The notes under the pieces were generated by a model. It saw only the letters and a list, made by a program, of their open reading frames with translations. It did no database searches and was not told the DNA's origin. Source: Parcubacteria group bacterium (GTDB lineage Bacteria > Patescibacteriota > Minisyncoccia > Moranbacterales > UBA2206). From it: a DNA stretch of 64,000 nucleotides. The position numbers were made by a program, and so were the translations under genes. This document shows, one piece after another, positions 38,607 to 47,981 of this stretch (position 1 is the first letter of the stretch; every line of letters starts with the position of its first letter). Location of the stretch: positions 15,865 through 79,864 of the forward strand of contig JBAYWF010000005.1 of assembly GCA_041674205.1 (NCBI GenBank), given 5' to 3'.

Positions 38607-39050
38607 TCATTCATGCATGCCTTTCAAAAAACGCTCGCGGATCCTGGCATAATCACAATTGATCTCCCTCGGATCCAACGGTTCAACCTCCATTAAATCA
38701 GGAAGCTCGTATGGATGGACCATCATAACCGCTTCATCACTGTATCCTATTTTGAAATGCTTGGATTTGGACTTTTCAGGATTATCGCTTCCAAAAACCT
38801 CAGAAAAAGTTTTTATCCCATAGGCGCACAATCTTCCATTGATAAGAAAATGCCTCCCGCAAGAATTGCAAACACACTCTTTCGGATTGTGGTAATATCC
38901 GGCGTTATCACGCACCAAGGGGACATCTTGAACCGTGTTACATCTTTCGCATAATATGTTCACTGAACGCATCAAAAATCCTTCCGCCATAAAAATACCT
39001 CCATCATTGGGTTTATATCCGCACAAGAAACTTATCATTTCCCATTCCAT
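38607..39050 (-). CDS. Zn-ribbon (CxxC...CxxC) hypothetical protein
   Basis: ILCERCNTVQD...VCNSCGRHF. 147 aa. Flanked by the twin palindromic terminators. Confidence 0.4.
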   Translation of the reverse strand: MEWEMISFLCGYKPNDGGIFMAEGFLMRSVNILCERCNTVQDVPLVRDNAGYYHNPKECVCNSCGRHFLINGRLCAYGIKTFSEVFGSDNPEKSKSKHFKIGYSDEAVMMVHPYELPDLMEVEPLDPREINCDYARIRERFLKGMHE

Positions 39051-39135
39051 ATCAAAGAACGATTCTATGCTATGACAAATGTCGGTTTATGGCAAGTTTC
39101 AGTTTTGGCCGAGGACCGTCCTCGCTATACATACG

Positions 39136-39172
39136 ATAAAAGCGGGCGGATTCTCTGCTAAGAATCCGCCCG
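39136..39172 (-). terminator. rho-independent terminator, paralogous to the one at 38533-38572
   Basis: Minus strand: GGGCGGATTCttagcagaGAATCCGCCC followed by GCTTTTATCG. The 3' flank (CGTCCGCGCTTTATGCGCC) resembles the flank at 38573-38592. Confidence 0.55.
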
Positions 39173-39228
39173 TCCGCGCTTTATGCGCCTTTCATTTACT
39201 GACTGACCATTTCCGGATCAGCAATGCG

Positions 39229-39468
39229 TTACCAGTCCCAGCTAATAGCTGAATGTCTGCCGTAAACTGATTCGCGGTCCGTTTTCTTCTCCGCTTGTTT
39301 CACTTTTGCTTGTTTTTTCAAGGCCTTTTCCTTGCCTTGATTCAACATTTTCATATCCCGCGCCCGACGATACGACGCGGTTTTTCCAGCCTTGACTATC
39401 TCGCTGGTCTGGTTGCAACGGAACTTTCTGCCACTCAACGGTTTAAACGTAGTTTTTTCCCGCGGCAT
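39229..39468 (-). CDS. small basic Lys/Arg-rich protein (79 aa)
   Basis: ATG at 39468 preceded by AAGGAGGAAGAG. The track's longer form starts at a GTG. No family recognised. Confidence 0.45.
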   Translation of the reverse strand: MPREKTTFKPLSGRKFRCNQTSEIVKAGKTASYRRARDMKMLNQGKEKALKKQAKVKQAEKKTDRESVYGRHSAISWDW

Positions 39469-39809
39469 CTCTTCCTCCTTTGGCACAATGGCCTTTTTAG
39501 CTTGAAATAAAAACACATCCGAAATAACATCAGATATAAACTAATATAGAATATGCCATAAGTCAATTTTTCGATTAAAAAAGTAGGCTTCCCTACTTTT
39601 TATAATATTGCGTCTGAAGACCAATCCGCTTAGCCTCTGCCAACCTGCTTTTCAAATGATGCCAGAAAATTATCCAGCCACAGCTTATTTATTTAATACT
39701 TACTTTAATACGTATTAAATTGCTTACCCCCGGCAGGAACTTTCGATGGGAAAATAGTTCGTACATTCATCCCGGCTGAAGTTAGAAAAATTGTTTTTAT
39801 GGATTTTTA

Positions 39810-40409
39810 TCAAGTCCTTCTATATTCCTGCCTCTTATTATACAGCCTTTCCGTGAATCCTCCTTGCGCCAAAAATTCTTCACTTAATTTTTTGAGCTGC
39901 ATGTCCAAGAGATAGTTCGTTTGGTGGATGAGGCAGATCATCATGTTCGCGCCTTGTTCTGGATTTTCCAAATACGACGAATAGGACAAACAGGACTTAT
40001 CCTTGCCGTAAGCAAGATTTCTAACTGCCTTAGCTTCTTGCGATTCTTTCATCCAAATCCGCAAACGGTGTTGGCGCAGATAGTCTTCATAGTCCAAAAG
40101 CAGTTCCTCCAAACTCGCCCGCGCCACGCTGGTCAATTTCAATTCGGTCTTTTTTGAAGTTCCTGCCGCCTGACTCCCTTCCGCGATATTTTGCCGGCCG
40201 CTTCTGCCCGCCTGGGTCATTTGGTCATGCGTCCGGCTTCGCTTGTCAATATAGCGCTCGCAAAACTCAACATTCAAATCAACCACCAAAGTTGCCATCT
40301 GGAATGATTTCAAGTCGCGATAGCCGCCGTGAGCAAAAAACAAGCTATCGCCATTGCCAGAGCTATCCGCCTTATTCGTCCTATCGGACATATTGGTCGC
40401 GTTTTCCAT
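39810..40409 (-). CDS. four-helix-bundle protein (23S rRNA intervening-sequence protein family) with C-terminal suffix domain
   Basis: GRSGRQNIAEGSQAAGTSKKTELKLTSVARASLEELLLDYEDYL matches the NIAEG-containing four-helix-bundle family. An extra ~70 aa C-terminal suffix region. Confidence 0.65.
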   Translation of the reverse strand: MENATNMSDRTNKADSSGNGDSLFFAHGGYRDLKSFQMATLVVDLNVEFCERYIDKRSRTHDQMTQAGRSGRQNIAEGSQAAGTSKKTELKLTSVARASLEELLLDYEDYLRQHRLRIWMKESQEAKAVRNLAYGKDKSCLSYSSYLENPEQGANMMICLIHQTNYLLDMQLKKLSEEFLAQGGFTERLYNKRQEYRRT

Positions 40410-40423
40410 TCCTCAATTGTAGC

Positions 40424-40456
40424 ACAAAAAAAGCGAGGTTTTCACCTCGCTTTTTC
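40424..40456. terminator. bidirectional terminator downstream of dnaK
   Basis: GCGAGGT-tttc-ACCTCGC hairpin with an A-run upstream and a T-run downstream. Confidence 0.6.
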
Positions 40457-40464
40457 TATATCAA

Positions 40465-42366
40465 CTATTTCTTATCCTCCGGCTTCTCAGTCTCCGCCTC
40501 CTTCGGAGCGTCGCCTTCTTTCGGCGCTTCCCCTCCGGCTGCGCCTCCTGCCGGCTGGGCGGGTTGCGCGGCTTTGTAGAGTTCTTCGCCGATCTTTTGC
40601 GCTTCTTGGGAAAGTTCCTGGGTGGCTTTCTTGATCGCTTCGATATCGTCGCCGTCTTTGACTTTCTTCAGCGCTTCAACTTTTTCCTGAACTGGTTTTT
40701 TCTTATCCTCAGAAACCTTATCACCAGCATCGCGGAGCGCTTTTTCAGTAGTGAAGACCAAAGTGTCCGCCATATTTTTCGCTTCGACGTTTTCTTTCTT
40801 CTTCTTATCCTCTTCCGCGTGCGCCTCGGCGTCTTTCTTCATCTTCTCGATTTCATCCTTGGAAAGACCGGTGGAAGCTTCGATGCGGATGGATTGTTCT
40901 TTGCCAGTCGCCTTGTCTTTAGCCTTGACCGACAGGACGCCGTTCGCGTTGATATCGAAAGTCACTTCGATTTGCGGGATGCCCCTTGGTGATGGCGGGA
41001 TGCCGTCCAAGATGAATCTTCCAAGCGTCTTGTTGTCCGCCGCCATTTCCCGCTCGCCTTGCAAGACATGGATTTCCACGGATGGCTGGTTGTCAGCCGC
41101 GGTAGAAAATGTCTGTGATTTGGCCGCCGGGATCGTCGTGTTGCGATCAATCAGGGGAGTCCTGATTCCACCCATCGTTTCGATTCCAAGCGTAAGCGGC
41201 GTTACGTCCAGCAACAGCACGTCTTTCACGTCGCCTTGCAAAACTCCGCCCTGGATCGCCGCGCCCATCGCTACCACTTCATCCGGATTGACCGAGATAT
41301 TCGGTTTCTTGCCGAAGAATTTCTCGACGGTTTGCAAAACCAACGGCATCCGGGTCATTCCTCCGACCAGCACGACTTCATTGATGTCGGATACTGACAA
41401 TTTCGCATCCGTCAAAGCCTTCTTGGTCGGTTCCAAAGTTTTTTCTACCAGGTCGCCGACAAGTTCTTCCAGTTTCGCGCGGGTGATTTTCATTACCAAA
41501 TGTTTCGGACCATTAGCATCCGCCGTAATGAACGGCTGATTGATTTCGGTTTCCATCGCGGTTGAAAGTTCGATCTTGGCTTTTTCCGCCGATTCTTTGA
41601 TTCTCTGCAACGCCAACGGATCCTTGCTCAGATCAACGCCTTCTTGCTTTCTGAATTCGTCGATAATCCAGTGGATCAGAACTTGGTCGAAGTCGTCACC
41701 GCCCAAATGGGTGTCACCATTGGTCGATTTGACCTCTACCGTGTCTTCGGAAACTTCCAAGATGGAAATATCGAACGTTCCGCCTCCGAGGTCATAGACT
41801 GCGATTTTTTCATCTTTCTTTTTATTGAAGCCATAGGCCAAAGCCGCTGCGGTCGGTTCGTTGATGATGCGCAAAACTTTGAGTCCCGCGATTTCACCCG
41901 CTTCGATGGTGGCTTTCCTTTGCGAGTCGTCGAAATAGGCCGGCACTGTGATGACCGCTTCGGTGATGGATTGCCCCAATTTCTCTTCCGCGTCCGCTTT
42001 CAATTTGCCCAACACCATCGCGGAAATTTCCTGCGGCGTATATTCTTTGCCGCCCATCAGGACTTTGACGCCTTCGCCAGACTTCACGATCTTATACGGC
42101 ATCGTTTTCATATCGCGTTGCACTTCCGCGTCATCGAAATGACGCCCGATCAACCGTTTGATGGAAAACAATGTGTTCTCCGGATTGGTGACGGCTTGGC
42201 GCTTGGCTAAAAGCCCCACTAATCTTTCATTGGTTTTGGACATCGCGATCATCGAAGGGGTGGTGCGCACGCCTTCTTTGTTCTCGACGATGACCGGACT
42301 GCCGCCTTCCACGACTGACATCGCAGAATTGGTCGTACCCAGGTCGATCCCTAATACTTTTCCCAT
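40465..42366 (-). CDS. dnaK: molecular chaperone DnaK (Hsp70)
   Basis: [21 protein letters not shown] and [12 protein letters not shown] signatures. 633 aa. Confidence 0.97.
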   Translation of the reverse strand: MGKVLGIDLGTTNSAMSVVEGGSPVIVENKEGVRTTPSMIAMSKTNERLVGLLAKRQAVTNPENTLFSIKRLIGRHFDDAEVQRDMKTMPYKIVKSGEGVKVLMGGKEYTPQEISAMVLGKLKADAEEKLGQSITEAVITVPAYFDDSQRKATIEAGEIAGLKVLRIINEPTAAALAYGFNKKKDEKIAVYDLGGGTFDISILEVSEDTVEVKSTNGDTHLGGDDFDQVLIHWIIDEFRKQEGVDLSKDPLALQRIKESAEKAKIELSTAMETEINQPFITADANGPKHLVMKITRAKLEELVGDLVEKTLEPTKKALTDAKLSVSDINEVVLVGGMTRMPLVLQTVEKFFGKKPNISVNPDEVVAMGAAIQGGVLQGDVKDVLLLDVTPLTLGIETMGGIRTPLIDRNTTIPAAKSQTFSTAADNQPSVEIHVLQGEREMAADNKTLGRFILDGIPPSPRGIPQIEVTFDINANGVLSVKAKDKATGKEQSIRIEASTGLSKDEIEKMKKDAEAHAEEDKKKKENVEAKNMADTLVFTTEKALRDAGDKVSEDKKKPVQEKVEALKKVKDGDDIEAIKKATQELSQEAQKIGEELYKAAQPAQPAGGAAGGEAPKEGDAPKEAETEKPEDKK

Positions 42367-42512
42367 ATTCTTTATTTTTCTGAACTTTCGGTTTCATCAA
42401 ACGTTTGCTTTCTGCAGATAGGCAAAATTTTTGAAACCTAGGTTCGGATTAAATTATTACTGGTTATTTATTCCAATCCCCAAATCGCTTTGGAGGCTGG
42501 AAAGATAAACAG

Positions 42513-42541
42513 TTGACAAAATCAGAGTTTTCTGCTATGTT
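42513..42541 (+). promoter_or_regulatory. candidate sigma70-type promoter (TTGACA-N17-TATGTT) for the embedded small ORF
   Basis: Perfect -35 hexamer and a 4/6 -10, about 50 nt upstream of the SD/ATG at 42593. Confidence 0.35.
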
Positions 42542-42592
42542 CTAATCAGTTGTTTCTACTTTTTTATTAATCCTTTTTACCGGGAGGTAAAA

Positions 42593-42739
42593 ATGAAGCG
42601 AGTTAACGATGCGCAGTATGTTGCTCTCGTCGCCAGACGTCTTGGCGCGAACACCGGCGATGTAAAAATCGCATTCCTGCAATTTGGCCGACATTTCGGT
42701 CAGATTGCGAACTTTCTACATCGCAACGGCGCGATGTAA
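42593..42739 (+). CDS. candidate small protein (48 aa) encoded antisense within the grpE-dnaK intergenic region
   Basis: GGGAGG SD 5 nt before the ATG. ORF MKRVNDAQYVALVARRLGANTGDVKIAFLQFGRHFGQIANFLHRNGAM. Followed by the hairpin + T-run terminator at 42767-42802. Confidence 0.4.
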   Translation: MKRVNDAQYVALVARRLGANTGDVKIAFLQFGRHFGQIANFLHRNGAM

Positions 42740-42766
42740 AAAAGTCTCATTACCCGCCGCCATCCC

Positions 42767-42802
42767 GGACGACTCAACTCTTGAGCTCGTCCGATTTTTT
42801 TA
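42767..42802 (+). terminator. rho-independent terminator on the plus strand
   Basis: GGACGACTCAA-ctc-TTGAGCTCGTCC followed by GATTTTTTTATTT. Confidence 0.55.
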
Positions 42803-42824
42803 TTTCAACGAACATTTCCAAAAA

Positions 42825-43430
42825 TTATTCCACTATCACCCGCGCCACCCTCACCACCTTATCCCCCATCTGATAGCCGCGGGTCACGATCTTCTTGATT
42901 TTATTCTTGAATTTATAATCTTTGCTTTTGCAAGATTTGCATTCCCTGTCTTCGACCGCTTCGTGCCGGGCCGGATCGAAATTGTCGCCGATCTTGGTTT
43001 CCATTTCGATCACCCCATTATCCGTCAAAACTTGTTCGAGTTGTTTTTGGATATACATTATGCCGGTCACCCACGGATTTTCTTTCTGATCTTCCGGGAT
43101 ATGCCCGGTTGAAGCATGGAAATTATCGATCACCGGCAAAATTTGCAAGATGACATTTTGGGTGGAATAACGGATCAAATCTTTCTGTGATTCCGCTTGC
43201 CTTTTTTTGTAATTCTCAAAATCAGCCTGGCACCTTTTCCAACCGTTGAGATATTCGTCTTCCTTGCTCATCGGCCCGTCAGTATTCTCAATCTCTATTG
43301 TGCCTTCTTCTTTCGGCATAGCGGCCTCCCCCTCGATTTCCTCAATCGCTTCTTTTTCCGCTTCTTTTTCCTCAAACCTGTCTTCTTGCTCTAGTTTATC
43401 GCTGAAATCTTTTTTATCTTTGTTTGGCAT
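42825..43430 (-). CDS. grpE: nucleotide exchange factor GrpE
   Basis: ADFENYKKR ... ILPVIDNFH ... FDPARHEAV ... TRGYQMGDKVVRVARV matches GrpE. Confidence 0.85.
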   Translation of the reverse strand: MPNKDKKDFSDKLEQEDRFEEKEAEKEAIEEIEGEAAMPKEEGTIEIENTDGPMSKEDEYLNGWKRCQADFENYKKRQAESQKDLIRYSTQNVILQILPVIDNFHASTGHIPEDQKENPWVTGIMYIQKQLEQVLTDNGVIEMETKIGDNFDPARHEAVEDRECKSCKSKDYKFKNKIKKIVTRGYQMGDKVVRVARVIVE

Positions 43431-43476
43431 ATATTTACAATTATGAATTATTTGTCCTATATCCCACGCTACTAAA

Positions 43477-44214
43477 TCACATACCGCTGATTATCAATAC
43501 TACTACAACCGATGCACTTAAAAGTTTCCGGACATAGTTGAGCAGCGACTTGTTCTCGGCATATTTCATCCTTTTCGGACCGATGATGGCCAGCACGCCC
43601 TTGTCGCCCGATTTGGTCGTGTACGGTGAAACTACCATCGAACAATTATTTATCCCTTTGATCGGATTGTCTTTGCCGATGAAAATTTTCGTCTCGCCCT
43701 CTTTGACATTTTTCAAAATGAAATCCACGTTCTCATCGATATAATCCAAGGCTTCCACCACTTTGCAAAATTCATCCACTTCCTGGAATTCCGGCTTCTC
43801 CAGCAGTTCGCGGATGCCGAAATCGGAAAAATCCTTTTCCATCGTGCTGATCGCCAGGTTGCCGCTCATACCGGACAACAGTTTCGCGGTCGTACGGGAA
43901 AGCCGCTGGTGCTGGGCCTTAAGTTTCAAAAGTTCCGTTTGCAATTTTTTTTGGTCCGCCAAAGACAGTTCCGCGTCACCCATAATTTCCTCGACGAAAT
44001 ATCTATAGCCCTTATCAGTCGGAATCCGCCCGGCGCTGATGTGCGGCTGATGCAAGAATCCGTCCTCTTCCAACTTGACCATATCGTTGCGGATAGTCGC
44101 CGGACTCAGATCAAAACCGTATTTTTCCACCAGGATTTTTGACCCGACCGGAACCGCGGAATCGGTATATTCCTCGATGATAGCTGCCAAAATTTCTTGT
44201 TGCCTTTTATCCAT
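43477..44214 (-). CDS. hrcA: heat-inducible transcription repressor HrcA (short form)
   Basis: LSPATIRNDMVKLEEDGFLHQPHISAGRIPTDKGYRYFV winged-helix signature. CIRCE lies upstream. 245 aa. Confidence 0.8.
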   Translation of the reverse strand: MDKRQQEILAAIIEEYTDSAVPVGSKILVEKYGFDLSPATIRNDMVKLEEDGFLHQPHISAGRIPTDKGYRYFVEEIMGDAELSLADQKKLQTELLKLKAQHQRLSRTTAKLLSGMSGNLAISTMEKDFSDFGIRELLEKPEFQEVDEFCKVVEALDYIDENVDFILKNVKEGETKIFIGKDNPIKGINNCSMVVSPYTTKSGDKGVLAIIGPKRMKYAENKSLLNYVRKLLSASVVVVLIISGM

Positions 44215-44301
44215 ACGCTAAAAATACAAATCAATTACAAATTTACACATATGCGGAAATCCATACTTATCTTATTCCGTATTTCCATTGTATAGCATCC
44301 T

Positions 44302-44328
44302 TTAGCACTCGTCAAGAGTGAGTGCTAA
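44302..44328. promoter_or_regulatory. CIRCE operator (TTAGCACTC-N9-GAGTGCTAA)
   Basis: Exact consensus TTAGCACTCgtcaagagtGAGTGCTAA about 90 nt upstream of hrcA. TATACAAT lies just downstream on the minus strand. Confidence 0.9.
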
Positions 44329-44366
44329 TTTGTATTTTATACGGTTTTTATCCCCTGTCAAGATTA

Positions 44367-44404
44367 TCAAAAAAAACGAGGGTAAACCGGAATCCGGTTT
44401 ACCC
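44367..44404 (-). terminator. strong rho-independent terminator (11-bp stem)
   Basis: Minus strand: GGGTAAACCGG-att-CCGGTTTACCC followed by TCGTTTTTTTTG. Confidence 0.7.
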
Positions 44405-44434
44405 TAGCTGTCGGTTTGACCGACAAATACCATG

Positions 44435-44611
44435 TTATACATGCATGGATGAACTTCTGGCGGATTTTTTGCCAGACGAACTGACAATCATCCGCGCCGA
44501 CTTATTGTGTTTGCACCCGATACACGCACGCGCATTGTTCCTCGCGGCTTTTTTACAAGCCAATGATTTTACAATATTGCCACACCTCGGATTAACCTCT
44601 TGGTTTGCCAT
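44435..44611 (-). CDS. small basic Cys-containing protein (58 aa), candidate
   Basis: ATG at 44611 preceded by GAGGAGAGAAGG. Four Cys (C-x8-C-x10-C-x2-C). Bracketed by two terminators. The track's longer form starts at a TTG. Confidence 0.35.
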   Translation of the reverse strand: MANQEVNPRCGNIVKSLACKKAARNNARACIGCKHNKSARMIVSSSGKKSARSSSMHV

Positions 44612-44715
44612 ACCTTCTCTCCTCATTTTTGAGTTAGTAAAAATACGGGCCCCTTCTTCAATTTTTACAGCTGGATTTTCTTGAATTAATTTTATCACTT
44701 TCCGATTACAGGTCA

Positions 44716-44759
44716 AATAAATAAAAAAGAGCCGTCACGGAAACGATACCCGTGACGGT
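44716..44759 (-). terminator. rho-independent terminator
   Basis: Minus strand: CCGTCACGG-loop-CCGTGACGG followed by CTCTTTTTTATTTATTT. Confidence 0.6.
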
Positions 44760-44776
44760 CCTTTATCTGTAGAAAA

Positions 44777-45112
44777 TCAAATGACAGCGGAAATAAAGTC
44801 AGACTCTTCTTCCAGAATCAGATCTGCCAAATAGGATAATCCCAGCTTGGGATACGCGCGTGAAATACGTTCGCACACCCCGCACTCCTTGCAAACAGGA
44901 TCTTTTTCCGAAAAAATATTACCGATGCAGTTGGCGAAGCTAACCGCAAAACCGTTTTGCTTCAATTCATCTCCGCGAACGCAACAAAAGGATTGCGCCG
45001 CACAATCAATATCCACCTGGGATGGCAGACTTTCTTTTTGCACCACCGATTTAACCGCTGTTTTTTTTCTGTGTTGCTTCCCATCAATTCCCCTGCTTTT
45101 GTCATTACTCAT
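44777..45112 (-). CDS. Cys-rich hypothetical protein (111 aa)
   Basis: ATG at 45112 preceded by GTGAGGAAAAAG. Cys pairs (CAAQSFCC, CKECGVC). No family. Confidence 0.4.
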   Translation of the reverse strand: MSNDKSRGIDGKQHRKKTAVKSVVQKESLPSQVDIDCAAQSFCCVRGDELKQNGFAVSFANCIGNIFSEKDPVCKECGVCERISRAYPKLGLSYLADLILEEESDFISAVI

Positions 45113-45195
45113 CTTTTTCCTCACTTGATAGTGTTGAAAAATGCACTCGCGTGCGCCCTTGTTCCGTTGTCAATGTCCTGTACATATAAAAAATG

Positions 45196-45447
45196 TTATT
45201 TTTTTCTGTCTTTCCCCGGCACCGGATCGAACCCCCCGTCATTCCAAGGGTGGCACCGGAGCACGCGTTTCGAACCCAACCAGACGCCTTTGAAGATTCC
45301 GAAGCGTTCCACGGCCTGGTAGGTATATTCCGAACAAGTCGGATGGAAGCGGCAACCCAGCGTATTTGAAAACCGGCTGAAAATTCCATGGTCCAACGAG
45401 ATGGTTTTCTGGTAAATCCTGATAAACAACAAAACGATTTTCTTCAT
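45196..45447 (-). CDS. yidD: membrane protein insertion efficiency factor YidD
   Basis: IRIYQKTISL...GCRFHPTCSEYTYQAVERFG...RVLRCHPWNDGGFDPVP, the YidD hallmark. Track start is TTG; ATG at 45447. Confidence 0.8.
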   Translation of the reverse strand: MKKIVLLFIRIYQKTISLDHGIFSRFSNTLGCRFHPTCSEYTYQAVERFGIFKGVWLGSKRVLRCHPWNDGGFDPVPGKDRKK

Positions 45448-45545
45448 AGCATAACTCTTATACAAATCCGCCCTTTTGTCAAACGGATTTTTCTGATAGA
45501 ATAATAGCGACAGTCCGATCTTAATAACAATCTAGCCTCCAATTT

Positions 45546-46454
45546 ATGCAACAACTCAAATCCGGCAAATTCACTTGGTTCGACATCCGCGAGCCCAATG
45601 CCGACGACATCCTGAAGATCCAGAAAAAATTCAACTTGCATCCCTTGGTCGTGGAAGAATTTTCCACGCCGACCTTGCGGCCAAAAGCGGCGGAATATGA
45701 CAACGCCCTTTTTCTCACCATCCACGTCCCGCTTTTCGACGTCAACCTGAAAAAAACCTATCCGGGCGAACTGGACATCGTCATCACGGAAGACGCCCTG
45801 ATAACGGCCCACGACGAGGACATCTGGCAGCTGACCGAATTTTTCGCCGAATTGAAAAATGACCGGAAAAAAAGATCCCAATATATGGAAAACTCCCCGG
45901 CGACCTTATTGCGCTTCTTGATCGAAATGCTTCTGGAATCCTGCTTTCCGAAATTGGACCACATCTCCAGGAACCTGGATCACATCGAAACCGAAATTTT
46001 CGCCGGCAATGAAAAAGATATGGTCCTGGAAATTTCCATCGTCAAACGCGACATCCTGAATTTCCGCCGGACGCTGAAACCGCAACGCTCCGTCCTGGAA
46101 TCCCTCATCCAGCGGGATTACAAACTGATAGACCGCGAACTCCGGCCATATTTCCAAGATTTGATCGGCACCAACATCCGGGTCTGGAACGCCCTGGAAA
46201 GCGCCAAGGAAACCATCGAATCGCTGGAAGCTACCAACAATTCCCTACTTTCCAACAAGCTGGACCTGACTATGAAGGTCTTGACCATCTTTTCCGCGGT
46301 GATGTTGCCGATGACCGTCTATTCCAATATCCTGGCTATGAGCGCCGACATCCCTTTCGGCAAAAGCCCGCACGCCTTCGCGATCCACACCGGCACGATG
46401 TTTCTGATCGCCATCATCACTTTCGTCATATTCAAGGTCAAGAAGTGGATCTGA
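45546..46454 (+). CDS. corA: CorA-family divalent cation transporter with non-canonical signature (AMS instead of GMN)
   Basis: CorA-like length. Two C-terminal TM helices with loop motif MLPMTVYSNILAMSADIPFG, where canonical CorA has LPLTFIAGIYGMNFEYMPE. Confidence 0.7.
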   Translation: MQQLKSGKFTWFDIREPNADDILKIQKKFNLHPLVVEEFSTPTLRPKAAEYDNALFLTIHVPLFDVNLKKTYPGELDIVITEDALITAHDEDIWQLTEFFAELKNDRKKRSQYMENSPATLLRFLIEMLLESCFPKLDHISRNLDHIETEIFAGNEKDMVLEISIVKRDILNFRRTLKPQRSVLESLIQRDYKLIDRELRPYFQDLIGTNIRVWNALESAKETIESLEATNNSLLSNKLDLTMKVLTIFSAVMLPMTVYSNILAMSADIPFGKSPHAFAIHTGTMFLIAIITFVIFKVKKWI

Positions 46455-46564
46455 ATCGGTAATTTTAAATTATAAGTTTTAAGTTTTAAATTGATTTAAA
46501 ATTAATTAATTTTAAAATTTTGATTTCATTTATAATTTAAAACTTAAAATTTAAAATTCGGTTT
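46455..46564. repeat. AT-rich AAATTT/TAAAATT intergenic repeat
   Basis: ttaaattataagttttaagttttaaattgatttaaaattaattaattttaaaattttgatttcatttataatttaaaacttaaaatttaaaatt. Confidence 0.6.
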
Positions 46565-47980
46565 ATGCTTAAACTCTACAATACCCTGACGCGCCAGAAA
46601 GAAGAATTCAAACCGATCAATCCCGGCAAGGTTTCGATGTATGTCTGCGGACCGACGGTCTATGACTACATCCATCTTGGCAATATCCGTTCCTATACGA
46701 CGCCGGATATTTTGCGGCGCTATTTGGAATATTCCGGATATGAAGTGCGCCAAATCAAAAATATCACCGACGTCGGGCATCTGACTGCCGATGATGTGGC
46801 CCAAGGCGATTCAGGCGAAGACAAGATCGAGAAAAAAGCTCTGCGCGAAAAAAAGACCCCGGCGGAAATCGTCGATTTTTATGAGGAATATTTCCACGCT
46901 ACGGAAAAAGCGATGAATATCCTGCCCGCCCACTATTTTCCGCGTGCCACCGCCCACGTGCCGCAAATGATCCGCATAATTTCGACTTTGATTGAAAAAG
47001 GTTTCGCCTACGAATCCAACGGCAACGTTTTTTTTGATGTCACGAAATTCGCCGATTATGGCAAACTGTCCGGCAACACATTGGAAGACCTGCAAGTCGG
47101 CGCGCGCCTGGAAGAACATCCGGACAAAAAAAATCCTTGGGATTTCGCCCTCTGGCTCAAGGCGCCCAAGGAACACTTGTTGCGCTGGGATTCGCCTTGG
47201 TCGGTCGGCTATCCGGGCTGGCACATCGAATGTTCGGCGATGAGCACGGAATATCTGGGAGACACGATGGACATCCATACCGGCGGCGAAGACAATATCT
47301 TCCCGCACCACGAAGCGGAAATCGCCCAAACCGAATGCGCGACCGGCGCCAAATTCGTAAATTATTGGGTCCACACCCGCCACCTCAAAGTTGATGGCGC
47401 CAAGATGAGCAAATCCAAAAATAATTTCTACGTGCTTGAAGACATCAAAAGCAAAGGTTATTCCCCGATGGAATTGCGGATGCTTCTGCTCTCCGCCCAT
47501 CACCGCACCCAATTGAATTTCACCTGGAAGGCGATGGATCAAGCCAAGGCGAATTTGGAAACGATCGACAATTTCTATGGCCGCCTCAGCAGATCCACCG
47601 CTGGCGGGAATGAGAAATTAGACATCAGACAATATCAGACAGCCTTCGAAGCGGCGATGGATGATGACCTCAATACGCCCAAAGCCCTAGCGGTCATTTT
47701 CCAAGTCATTACGGACGGCAATAAACTGATTGATGGCAATATGCTAGGCAACCCGGATGAAGTCAAAAAAATTCTGGATGTTTTTATGAAAGTCCTCGGC
47801 CTTGCGTTTGAAAAACCCGAGGAGATTCCCGCCGAAATCATACGGCTAGCTGAAGAAAGAAGGACCGCCCGCCAAAACAAAGACTTCCAGAAATCCGACG
47901 AACTGCGCGAAACGATTGACAAATCCGGCTATATAGTGGAAGATATCAAGGACAATAATTTTATCATTAAGAAAAAATAG
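46565..47980 (+). CDS. cysS: cysteine--tRNA ligase
   Basis: [13 protein letters not shown] (HIGH-class motif), KMSKSKNNF (KMSKS) and Zn-binding Cys/His positions. 471 aa. Confidence 0.95.
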   Translation: MLKLYNTLTRQKEEFKPINPGKVSMYVCGPTVYDYIHLGNIRSYTTPDILRRYLEYSGYEVRQIKNITDVGHLTADDVAQGDSGEDKIEKKALREKKTPAEIVDFYEEYFHATEKAMNILPAHYFPRATAHVPQMIRIISTLIEKGFAYESNGNVFFDVTKFADYGKLSGNTLEDLQVGARLEEHPDKKNPWDFALWLKAPKEHLLRWDSPWSVGYPGWHIECSAMSTEYLGDTMDIHTGGEDNIFPHHEAEIAQTECATGAKFVNYWVHTRHLKVDGAKMSKSKNNFYVLEDIKSKGYSPMELRMLLLSAHHRTQLNFTWKAMDQAKANLETIDNFYGRLSRSTAGGNEKLDIRQYQTAFEAAMDDDLNTPKALAVIFQVITDGNKLIDGNMLGNPDEVKKILDVFMKVLGLAFEKPEEIPAEIIRLAEERRTARQNKDFQKSDELRETIDKSGYIVEDIKDNNFIIKKK

Positions 47981-47981
47981 C

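Noticed and set aside
38092-40456. Integrative mobile element bounded by the 40-bp direct repeat
   Set aside because: There is no integrase/recombinase or tRNA target, and the bounded segment is only ~1.3 kb. I treat it as local duplication/deletion rather than a defined mobile element.
45215-45290. tRNA-like T-loop strings (ggatcgaacc, tttcgaaccc) suggesting a minus-strand tRNA
   Set aside because: They lie inside the well-supported yidD reading frame (they encode FDPVPG). No acceptor/anticodon arms can be built. No GTTCGAATC-type T-loop exists elsewhere. I therefore call no tRNA in this window.
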